From: a virus
Strand: one strand, 5' to 3'
UHGV virus genome: UHGV-1435958
Length of the DNA stretch: 8,629 nucleotides
Below the pieces are notes generated by a model. The model was given only the letters and a program-made list of their open reading frames with translations, did no database searches and was not told the DNA's origin. The number at the start of each line of letters is the position of its first letter. Position 1 is the first letter of the stretch. The translations under genes and the position numbers were made by a program. Positions 1-6,005 of the stretch are shown here, one piece after another.

Positions 1-85
1 GAGGCGAGCACCAAGCTCAGCTTTCATCTCATTAATTGCTGACTTTGTTTCTTTTTCCAGAAGCAACTTACGTAACCTGTCTTGC

Positions 86-202
86 TCATCCTTTTATAAC
101 CTTTTGTTCTCTATCGCTTTTTCTCGATTTCATTTCTGACGATATGATAGTGTAAATCGATACTACAAGCGCAGCTAAAGCGATGGCATCACTTGTTGTC
201 AT
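86..202 (-). CDS. Small hydrophobic peptide (38 aa), hypothetical
   Basis: Not in the ORF track; found by manual translation: MTTSDAIALAALVVSIYTIISSEMKSRKSDREQKVIKG. Its ATG overlaps the TAA stop of the upstream zinc-ribbon ORF (TAATG on the minus strand at 204-200). AAGGA lies 8 nt upstream. Hydrophobic N-terminal stretch followed by a basic tail. Confidence 0.35.
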   Translation of the reverse strand: MTTSDAIALAALVVSIYTIISSEMKSRKSDREQKVIKG

Positions 203-477
203 TATTTGATCCTTATATTCTTACTTCCCTTAAATGCCTTTTTGAGCATGTCGTTAAACTGTTTTTGAATGTCTTTTGTTAACTCTTCTTTTATTTCATC
301 TACATGAGCGTCAATACTCACCCCGTTTTCTTGGATTAACTCATCATTAGTAAATTCTTTCCCGCAGCCTACACATCTAACGACTTCAGACTCTTCCTCG
401 TGTTCCATCTCTGTATTTCCGCACACAGGACATAGCAGGGTAATGTTTCTATTGTATTTCTCAGGATTCAGTTTCAT
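202..477 (-). CDS. Zinc-ribbon protein (91 aa), hypothetical
   Basis: ORF track. Two CxxC pairs (CPVCG ... CVGCG) 15 residues apart, followed by an acidic/helical C-terminus. Good RBS (AGAGGAAA) just upstream of the ATG on the minus strand. Confidence 0.5.
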   Translation of the reverse strand: MKLNPEKYNRNITLLCPVCGNTEMEHEEESEVVRCVGCGKEFTNDELIQENGVSIDAHVDEIKEELTKDIQKQFNDMLKKAFKGSKNIRIK

Positions 478-505
478 ATGTTTCCTCTCTTCTACGTTTT
501 ATTGA

Positions 506-928
506 TTACCAGTAATATGAATTTCTTCTGTGCCACCAATAAAGCAGGCCATATCCGACAATAAGAATCCCGAAGAACATCAGAGACATTCCCCAGCCAG
601 TTCCATACCACGAAACCATATCATCGAAAACCAGCCCACCCGTTTCACGAACTCCGGCAGCTTCCTTAAGAATTGGCTTGAATATCGGAATCAGAAGGGC
701 GATCGCCAGTGGAGCACCCCAGCGAACAAGACCAGTTTCCATTTTGATACCGAAAAAGATCCCCGCACCGACAACAAGCAGCCAGACTATCAGGCCAGGC
801 GCAGTTTCCAGTGCTGTTTGCCATTCAACATCGAAAGTTTTCATTAGCCAGGCTACAACAGCCAGGCAGAAAGCAAATACGCCTACAACAACCAGTTCAA
901 CGCCGCTTGTTCCGTTATTTCTACTCAT
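506..928 (-). CDS. Polytopic inner-membrane protein (140 aa, about 4 predicted TM segments), hypothetical
   Basis: ORF track. Four hydrophobic stretches of 13-20 residues (e.g. VELVVVGVFAFCLAVVAWLM, GMSLMFFGILIVGYGLLYWW). AAAGGA RBS a few nt upstream of the ATG. The overlapping + strand ORFs have no RBS and low-complexity composition. Confidence 0.55.
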   Translation of the reverse strand: MSRNNGTSGVELVVVGVFAFCLAVVAWLMKTFDVEWQTALETAPGLIVWLLVVGAGIFFGIKMETGLVRWGAPLAIALLIPIFKPILKEAAGVRETGGLVFDDMVSWYGTGWGMSLMFFGILIVGYGLLYWWHRRNSYYW

Positions 929-963
929 CCTTTTGATCCTTTGTTACTGTTCAAAATTCGCAC

Positions 964-999
964 AATAAAAAACGTGCAGTGTTGGTAATACTGCACGTT
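964..999 (-). terminator. Rho-independent terminator downstream of the minus-strand regulator gene
   Basis: Perfect 10-bp inverted repeat AACGTGCAGT (971-980) / ACTGCACGTT (990-999) with a 9-nt loop. On the minus strand it is followed by TTTTATT (complement of 964-970). A second small hairpin GTACCA-ttcg-TGGTAC lies at 1001-1016, directly after the stop codon. Confidence 0.55.
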
Positions 1000-1016
1000 T
1001 GTACCATTCGTGGTAC

Positions 1017-1199
1017 TTAATCCTTTTGTTTGGCAGACATGAGATCTTCTGCTGCATCTTTAGAGTAGTTATCAATCAGATAACCTAAAATCTCTGTCCA
1101 TGTAATTGTTTTTCCTAGTTTTACACTGGCATTTATAGCCAGTCGTTCTAGTTTCATTTTTCTTTCTTCCGTCACGTTATAAGTCGTGCGCTTTGCCAT
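1017..1199 (-). CDS. Small DNA-binding regulator, ribbon-helix-helix-like (60 aa); candidate prophage repressor
   Basis: ORF track. Basic N-terminus with a short alternating stretch (KRTTYNVTEE) followed by two predicted helices, a pattern typical of RHH (Arc/CopG-type) proteins. Transcribed divergently from gII. Own terminator downstream. Confidence 0.45.
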   Translation of the reverse strand: MAKRTTYNVTEERKMKLERLAINASVKLGKTITWTEILGYLIDNYSKDAAEDLMSAKQKD

Positions 1200-1246
1200 T
1201 TTTTACGCTCGTTCAATGCAATATTTGAAGTGAGTATACATGCTCA

Positions 1247-1325
1247 TGAACTCATATCATCCAATCCTCTTGAACTCACTAGCTCACTGGTGTAATGTTA
1301 AAACACTAATGAACTACTGAACTCA
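1247..1325. promoter_or_regulatory. Divergent promoter/operator region with repeated TGAACTCA octamers
   Basis: TGAACTCA at 1247-1254, 1271-1278 and 1318-1325, plus TGAACTAC at 1310-1317. Candidate sigma70 promoter for gII: TTGAAC (1270-1275), 17-nt spacer, TAATGT (1293-1298). TATACT-like -10 on the minus strand (complement of 1233-1238) upstream of the regulator gene. Confidence 0.4.
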
Positions 1326-1368
1326 TGTGTTAGTAAGTCGTCATTTTTGTAATTTTGAGGATTTATTC

Positions 1369-2421
1369 GTGATCGATTGGCTTACCGGGATTTTCCCTTG
1401 CACACACAAACCGCTTCCGGCGGGGAGTGTTGTCAGCGTTGATGCTGACGGTGCAATTGAGTGGGAAACCGTTAAGCGACTGACTGTTCGCGGTTCGCAT
1501 GAAGCAACGATGAAAGTACGATCGATAGGATCTAATGGCGAAGGTAAAGCGACACATTTGTACATTGATGGTAATCCTTCCAAGTTTCTGCAGGGGCATT
1601 CTGTTGTTGGGTCGGATGATATACAAGGGCTCATGTTGACGGTCTATGCCAGGATTTTATCCTTATTGAATATTCCTCATGATTTAGCGTCTTATAAAGC
1701 CGTTATGGCAGGTCAGTATAAAATTTCACGTATTGACATTAATTACATGTATTCATTATCTACGCTGGAAAATGTCAGATCATGGCTTTATGCCGCCGAA
1801 TTTAAAGCTAAAACACGCCATGGTCGCGCATGTGGGAAAGGCGGTACAGTTTATTTAGGTAAAAACTCCCGTCGATGGAGTCTGAAATTTTATTCAAAAT
1901 ATGATGAACACGTTTCTGGTAAAAAAGGGCACCAGATAGCCGAAGAGTTTGTACGAGCCGGGTTACTGGACTGGACGAAAGATAAATTACGTATTGAATT
2001 AACATTAAGAACAACTGAGCTTATTGATTTAAATTTAACGCTTGGCGCTAACTGGAATATGAAAACACCACGTCAATTATTCTCTGAATATGTAGGGAGA
2101 ATAGCAATGAATCAGAATGCTATTTTAAGTGATGAAAAAATAACGAAACTGCCAAGAAAAATACAGTCAACTTATTTACTTTGGAAACAAGGGGCTAACA
2201 TGAAAGAAATGTTACCTCATAACACTTTTTATCGCCATAGAAGAGAATTGCTTTCGTTCGGTATCGATATTAATTTCTATTGTGATTCACCAGACTCTAA
2301 TAACGTTGTTCCGCTAATAAGAACGCTGGAAGCCAAGCCAGCGGAAATCCCCTTATGGATTTATGAGAAAGGTTTTATTTTCGATTACAACCGTATTTCG
2401 CACGCCAGTAGCTGGCATTAA
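1369..2421 (+). CDS. gII: Replication initiator protein (gene II-like rolling-circle nickase)
   Basis: ORF open from 1327 (GTG). I prefer the GTG at 1369 because GAGGA sits 7 nt upstream and the product then begins MIDWL (M13 pII begins MIDML). Recalled M13 pII motifs KVLQGHNVFG and NNVVPLVRF appear here as KFLQGHSVVG and NNVVPLIRT. Confidence 0.8.
   Translation: MIDWLTGIFPCTHKPLPAGSVVSVDADGAIEWETVKRLTVRGSHEATMKVRSIGSNGEGKATHLYIDGNPSKFLQGHSVVGSDDIQGLMLTVYARILSLLNIPHDLASYKAVMAGQYKISRIDINYMYSLSTLENVRSWLYAAEFKAKTRHGRACGKGGTVYLGKNSRRWSLKFYSKYDEHVSGKKGHQIAEEFVRAGLLDWTKDKLRIELTLRTTELIDLNLTLGANWNMKTPRQLFSEYVGRIAMNQNAILSDEKITKLPRKIQSTYLLWKQGANMKEMLPHNTFYRHRRELLSFGIDINFYCDSPDSNNVVPLIRTLEAKPAEIPLWIYEKGFIFDYNRISHASSWH
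2107..2421 (+). CDS. gX: Gene X-like protein: in-frame internal restart within gII, co-terminal with pII (104 aa)
   Basis: In-frame ATG at 2107 preceded by GGGAGA at a 6-nt spacing. Product starts MNQNAILSD, compared with M13 pX MNIYDDSAVLD. An alternative in-frame ATG at 2059 has no RBS. Confidence 0.5.
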   Translation: MNQNAILSDEKITKLPRKIQSTYLLWKQGANMKEMLPHNTFYRHRRELLSFGIDINFYCDSPDSNNVVPLIRTLEAKPAEIPLWIYEKGFIFDYNRISHASSWH

Positions 2422-2432
2422 AGGAAAGTAAT

Positions 2433-2750
2433 ATGTCTAATTATGGTCTTTTCGTTAAGGGTAAAATGTTGGGAGCCCGCCAACGTAATAAAGTTAATGG
2501 TCAGGGCTATTATAATGAAATTGGTATTGGCCTTGAAATACCTGATGGTTTTGGTGGTACAAAGCAGGATCAAATTATTATTCGAGTTTCTCAGGCTCTC
2601 GTTAACGCAGGTCTAATGAACCAGGCGAATGCTTTCATTGGGAAATTAGTTCAAATTCCTGTCTATGTCCGTGCGTGGTCAATGGAGGGTAGGGAAGGTG
2701 TAACTTATAATGTTGCTTCCGATGGTGGCATCGCAGAGATCAAAGGTTAA
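2433..2750 (+). CDS. Putative ssDNA-binding protein occupying the gene V position (105 aa)
   Basis: ORF track. AAGGAAAG RBS 5 nt upstream. Assigned by position between gII and gVII only; I could not align it by eye to M13 or IKe gVp. Confidence 0.5.
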   Translation: MSNYGLFVKGKMLGARQRNKVNGQGYYNEIGIGLEIPDGFGGTKQDQIIIRVSQALVNAGLMNQANAFIGKLVQIPVYVRAWSMEGREGVTYNVASDGGIAEIKG

Positions 2751-2752
2751 AT

Positions 2753-2839
2753 ATGGACGATGTTATTCAAATTTTGATAGCGTCTGGCATCGTTATTTCT
2801 TTTGGCCTCGGCGCGATTACTGCGGGGATCTTTCGTTAA
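2753..2839 (+). CDS. gVII: Minor coat protein pVII-like (28 aa)
   Basis: Manual translation: MDDVIQILIASGIVISFGLGAITAGIFR. Small hydrophobic peptide between gV and gIX; the tail resembles M13 pVII (ISVVLCFALGIIAGGQR). Its stop overlaps the gIX start (TAATG). Confidence 0.6.
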   Translation: MDDVIQILIASGIVISFGLGAITAGIFR

Positions 2840-2934
2840 TGTATATCGTTTATTTCTTCGGGGCTTATACCTTTGGTTTTGCCCTTTTCTATGCGGTCGG
2901 TTCATTTAAATCATTTTCTGACCGATTAATGTAA
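2839..2934 (+). CDS. gIX: Minor coat protein pIX-like (31 aa)
   Basis: Manual translation: MYIVYFFGAYTFGFALFYAVGSFKSFSDRLM, compared with M13 pIX ending YFTRLM. This is the C-terminal part of track ORF 2710..2934, restarted at the ATG that overlaps the gVII stop. Confidence 0.6.
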   Translation: MYIVYFFGAYTFGFALFYAVGSFKSFSDRLM

Positions 2935-2953
2935 CCTTAATGGAGTTATTCCT

Positions 2954-3196
2954 ATGAAAATTCTGTCTACTGTTAAATATAAAATTGCTCTGGCTTCAAC
3001 TGCGCTTTTTATTTCTGCAAGTTCTTTTGCGGCTGAAGGCGCTACAGGTGGTACTGATTATGCAGGTCAGGCAATGGATGCTTTGTTGACTCAGGCAAAT
3101 GATCTCATTGGTAAAGTATGGCCTGTTGTTGTTGCTGTGGTTGGCGCTGGGCTTGCCATTCGTATTTTCAAAAAATTCTCTTCAAAAGCGGTTTGA
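2954..3196 (+). CDS. gVIII: Major coat protein precursor pVIII (80 aa; predicted 26-aa signal peptide, 54-aa mature protein)
   Basis: GGAG RBS 8 nt upstream. Signal peptide ending SSFA followed by AEG, amphipathic N-terminus, hydrophobic core, basic tail [12 protein letters not shown]; closest to the IKe/Ff pVIII pattern. Confidence 0.85.
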   Translation: MKILSTVKYKIALASTALFISASSFAAEGATGGTDYAGQAMDALLTQANDLIGKVWPVVVAVVGAGLAIRIFKKFSSKAV

Positions 3197-3205
3197 ATTT
3201 CACTC

Positions 3206-3230
3206 AGGGGCACTCGTTGCCCCTTTATTA
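3206..3230 (+). terminator. Rho-independent terminator after gVIII
   Basis: AGGGGCA (3206-3212), loop ctcgt, TGCCCCT (3218-3224), followed by TTATTA. Ff phages have a strong terminator at the same position. Confidence 0.6.
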
Positions 3231-3242
3231 AAGCGGGTTACT

Positions 3243-4562
3243 ATGAGAAGGAAAATATTAATTCTTTCCGCTGTCCTCATTTCTCCTTTTTCACATGCTG
3301 AGTCATGGGAAAGCATTACTAAATCCACTTATCAAAGTTCTGCCTATGCTGAAAGTAAGCAAATAACCAATCAGGATGGCTCTAAGATAACGGTTTACTA
3401 TATTGATGCTGCTATGCAGGCCTCCGCTTGTCAGGGTGCTAAATCCAGTGCTCAGAGTGTATTTACTCGGATTAAACCAACTTATGAGGGTATCTGGCCT
3501 GATTCTGAATTCCGTCTTGTTTTTACTGGCGATTGTACTTACAGCGATTCACCAGGGCAGAAGGATAAATATTGGTCTTTAACGGCTTATATTGTTGGTA
3601 ATATTCAGCGTTCTGTTCCTGATGAAAAACCTACTGACCCGACACCAGAAGAAATTTGTGAAGCGAAGCCGCCAGAAGAAGGTGTATTTAATAATGTTGA
3701 TTCATATGATGGTGGTCGCTATATCTACTATAACGGCTGTGAATATGAGGCTACTGGTGTCATTGTTTGTCAGGGTGATGGTACTGTTTGCGCTGCAACA
3801 TGGAAGCCTACAGGTGCTGTAGCTGACCCCTCTGATAAACCCTCAACCCCCCAAAATGGTGGTGGTGAGTCTGGCGGTGGTGAGTCCGGCGGTGGTGAGT
3901 CCGGCGGTGGTGAGTCCGGTGGTGGTGAGTCCGGTGGTGGTGAGTCCGGTGGTGGTGAGTCTGGCGGTGGTGAGTCCGGTGGCGGTAGTTCTGGCGGTAG
4001 TTCTGGCGGTAGTTCTGGCGGTGGCTCTAGTGGTTCCAGTCTTTCTAAAGGTGATATTCAGTCTGCGATCGAAGGTGCTTCACCCAAAATAGCCAGCGAT
4101 ATTCATGATAAATTAACGGAGAAAGACACTTCATCAGATGATAAAAAAAATGCCGATGAACAAACCAGGAATAATATAAATCGTCTTGACGATTCCATTA
4201 ACAATCTTACGCGGGGGGCTGGCCGTTTTGCTGACCCTTCAGGTGGTGATTCTCGTTATGGAAAGGGCGACTCTGAATTAGATGGCGCTTCTACTTTAGC
4301 TGATTCTGAATTGGGAATTGAAAAGGATTCTCACGGTGCTTTATGGGAAGCATTTTTAAATAAAGGTGCTATGCTGCCTAATTTACCCAATGGTAACGGC
4401 TGCTCTGATTTTATTATTTTTCCCGGAGAGGTTTATCAGATTGATATTGGTTGCGATAAATTACTGACTATTAAAGATGTTCTTTCATGGGTTTTTTATT
4501 GCCTTACGTTCTGGTATGTCTTTACTTCTTTAACTTCATTGCTTCGCAAAGGGGGTGAGTGA
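3243..4562 (+). CDS. gIII: Minor coat/adsorption protein pIII (439 aa)
   Basis: Track ORF 3099..4562 starts inside gVIII; the real start is taken as the ATG at 3243, after the terminator, giving signal peptide [20 protein letters not shown]-terminal membrane anchor resembles the M13 pIII C-terminal domain ([28 protein letters not shown] here). Long Gly-rich linker. Confidence 0.85.
   Translation: MRRKILILSAVLISPFSHAESWESITKSTYQSSAYAESKQITNQDGSKITVYYIDAAMQASACQGAKSSAQSVFTRIKPTYEGIWPDSEFRLVFTGDCTYSDSPGQKDKYWSLTAYIVGNIQRSVPDEKPTDPTPEEICEAKPPEEGVFNNVDSYDGGRYIYYNGCEYEATGVIVCQGDGTVCAATWKPTGAVADPSDKPSTPQNGGGESGGGESGGGESGGGESGGGESGGGESGGGESGGGESGGGSSGGSSGGSSGGGSSGSSLSKGDIQSAIEGASPKIASDIHDKLTEKDTSSDDKKNADEQTRNNINRLDDSINNLTRGAGRFADPSGGDSRYGKGDSELDGASTLADSELGIEKDSHGALWEAFLNKGAMLPNLPNGNGCSDFIIFPGEVYQIDIGCDKLLTIKDVLSWVFYCLTFWYVFTSLTSLLRKGGE
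3858..4040 (+). repeat. Tandem 15-nt repeats encoding (GGGES)x8 followed by GGSS-type repeats (Gly/Ser linker of pIII)
   Basis: Eight consecutive near-identical 15-nt units ggtggtgagtcYggY from 3858 to 3977, then ggcggtagttct-type units to about 4040. In frame with gIII. Confidence 0.9.
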
Positions 4563-4903
4563 TGCCTTTATTATTAGGTATTCCTGCATTGTTGCGTTTT
4601 CTTATTGGTCTTGTTCCTTTGTTTATTGGCTATGTGGCGAGTTTTTTAGCTCGACTTGCTACCAGAACAGGATTAATCGCCTTTGCATTGGTCGCATTAA
4701 TTACAACAACTGTTACGCTTTTAATGCAGTACCTTGCTGAGGTCATGTATAACGGTTTACCTGCTGATTTCTCCCATTTAATGGCGTCTGTATTGCCTGA
4801 CCATTTTCAGGCGTGTGTTAACGTTATTATGGTTACTCGTATCAGTGTTTTTGTTTTCGATTTAAAACAAAAATTTCTTGATTATGCAAACAGGGTGATT
4901 TAA
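4562..4903 (+). CDS. gVI: Minor coat protein pVI (113 aa)
   Basis: ATG at 4562 overlaps the gIII TGA stop (TGATG); GGGGGTGAG RBS upstream. [14 protein letters not shown]... and the C-terminal FVFDLKQKF closely parallel M13 pVI (MPVLLGIPLLLRFL..., IFIFDVKQKI). Confidence 0.85.
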   Translation: MPLLLGIPALLRFLIGLVPLFIGYVASFLARLATRTGLIAFALVALITTTVTLLMQYLAEVMYNGLPADFSHLMASVLPDHFQACVNVIMVTRISVFVFDLKQKFLDYANRVI

Positions 4904-5998
4904 ATGGCGGTTTATGTAGTAACAGGCAAATTAGGCTCAGGCAAGACACTTGTTAGTGTTTCCAGAATACAGGAAAGACTTGCTAAGGGTTGTCCTGTTG
5001 CCACTAATCTTGATCTTAAATTGCATAATATGCCTATGGTTGGGCGTTATGCGAAAAAAACGCGCGTTATTCGCATTCCTGACAAGCCTTCATTAAATGA
5101 TTTACTTGCTATTGGTATTGGGAATACATCTTACGATGAATCCCGTAATGGCCTCCTTGTACTTGATGAATGTGGTACTTGGTTTAATTCCCGCTCATGG
5201 GGTGATAAAGACAGACAACCTGTTATTGACTGGTTTTTACATGCCAGAAAATTAGGCTGGGATATTATATTTTTGATTCAGGATATTTCGATAATGGATA
5301 AGCAAGCTCGTCTGGCGCTTGCTGAGCATGTTGTTTATTGTCGCCGTTCAGATAAATTAAACATTCCTTTTGTTGGCTCCATTATGAATTTGGTTTCAGG
5401 GGCGAGATTTTCTTTACCAAAGGTACACTTTGGCATTGTCAAATATGGTGATAATGTTAATTCAATCACTGTTGATAAATGGATATATACAGGAAAATCT
5501 CTTTATTCTGCTTACAATACCAAACAAGCGTTCACAGATAATTATCCTCATGGCGCATTTTCGCTTTTGCCACCATTTATCACGCACGGTCAATTTTCTG
5601 TTCACAGAGGATTTAATTATTATATGCGCCTCACTAAAATTTATTTTCGCAAATCGAACCGTCTTATATTAATGCTTTCTTTTTTGGCGCTGGGGCTTGC
5701 GTTTGGTTTCTGGCTCCAGTCTGGAAAGAATGTTGATGAAATCTCAGCTATTAAATCTGCTTATGCTGAACAGGCGAGGGCGGTAACGCCTGATTCGTCC
5801 AGTGACTTACCCCGACTTTCTATTAATTCTTTTTCACAACTTGGCTTTGACGTTTCCGTTACGTTTGTTGATGCAAAAGGTATGAAATATCAGTATTTTG
5901 ATTTGATTAAAGATGGTTATTCCGTTGATATTAAAGATGCCTGTCGTGTTGTTATTAGAAAAGGCCGTTATTTACAGACTGTTACCTGTCAGGAGTAA
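4904..5998 (+). CDS. gI: Assembly ATPase pI (Zot-like, 364 aa)
   Basis: Starts MAVYVVTGKLGSGKTLVSV (M13 pI starts MAVYFVTGKLGSGKTLVSV); Walker A motif GSGKT; LVLDECGTWFN and WFLHARKLGWDIIFL blocks conserved. ATG immediately after the gVI stop. Confidence 0.9.
   Translation: MAVYVVTGKLGSGKTLVSVSRIQERLAKGCPVATNLDLKLHNMPMVGRYAKKTRVIRIPDKPSLNDLLAIGIGNTSYDESRNGLLVLDECGTWFNSRSWGDKDRQPVIDWFLHARKLGWDIIFLIQDISIMDKQARLALAEHVVYCRRSDKLNIPFVGSIMNLVSGARFSLPKVHFGIVKYGDNVNSITVDKWIYTGKSLYSAYNTKQAFTDNYPHGAFSLLPPFITHGQFSVHRGFNYYMRLTKIYFRKSNRLILMLSFLALGLAFGFWLQSGKNVDEISAIKSAYAEQARAVTPDSSSDLPRLSINSFSQLGFDVSVTFVDAKGMKYQYFDLIKDGYSVDIKDACRVVIRKGRYLQTVTCQE
5624..5998 (+). CDS. gXI: Gene XI-like protein: in-frame internal restart within gI (124 aa)
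   Basis: In-frame ATG at Met241 of pI, the same relative position as M13 pXI (MKLTKIY in M13, MRLTKIY here), followed by a hydrophobic segment. The RBS is weak (AGAGGA 13 nt upstream). Confidence 0.45.
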   Translation: MRLTKIYFRKSNRLILMLSFLALGLAFGFWLQSGKNVDEISAIKSAYAEQARAVTPDSSSDLPRLSINSFSQLGFDVSVTFVDAKGMKYQYFDLIKDGYSVDIKDACRVVIRKGRYLQTVTCQE

Positions 5999-6005
5999 TA
6001 TTATT

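Noticed and set aside
530-968. Plus-strand ORFs 530..847 and 678..968 from the ORF track
   Set aside because: Antisense to the minus-strand membrane-protein ORF, which has an RBS and clear transmembrane periodicity. The plus-strand products are low-complexity (Pro/Thr/Ser/Arg-rich) with no RBS.
1-1326. A left-end dif-like attachment site (attL)
   Set aside because: Scanning both strands for the XerC arm, central region or XerD arm found no convincing match. The left junction is probably outside the window or too degenerate to call by eye.
1327-1368. GTG at 1327 as the gII start (track ORF 1327..2421)
   Set aside because: No Shine-Dalgarno precedes it. The in-frame GTG at 1369 has GAGGA at a 7-nt spacing and gives an N-terminus MIDWL matching M13 pII MIDML. 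Kept as an alternative only.
1341-2014. Minus-strand ORFs 1341..1634, 1363..1626 and 1808..2014
   Set aside because: Lie entirely inside gII on the opposite strand, with no RBS and Arg/Cys/Ser-rich artefactual composition.
2710-2838. N-terminal part of track ORF 2710..2934 (74 aa)
   Set aside because: It starts inside gV in another frame. Only the last 31 codons, from the ATG at 2839 overlapping the gVII stop, correspond to a pIX-like peptide.
3099-3242. 5' extension of the gIII ORF overlapping gVIII (track ORF 3099..4562)
   Set aside because: It would overlap the 3' end of gVIII and span the terminator hairpin. The ATG at 3243 gives a typical signal peptide.
3858-3977. The 15-nt tandem repeats as a possible CRISPR or iteron array
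   Set aside because: Units are contiguous with no spacers, lie in frame inside gIII and encode the Gly/Ser linker.
3592-4092. Track ORFs 3592..3822 and 3856..4092 (VVSP-repeat protein)
   Set aside because: Alternate-frame readings of gIII; the second is a frame-shifted translation of the GGGES repeat DNA.
4555-4740. Track ORF 4555..4740 (61 aa)
   Set aside because: Alternate frame inside gVI; Cys/Tyr-rich artefact.
5430-5672. Track ORF 5430..5672 (80 aa)
   Set aside because: Alternate frame inside gI with no RBS.
5913-6005. 5' extension of gIV (track ORF 5913..7271)
   Set aside because: It would overlap the end of gI. The ATG at 6006 follows AGGAG and yields a canonical secretin signal peptide.
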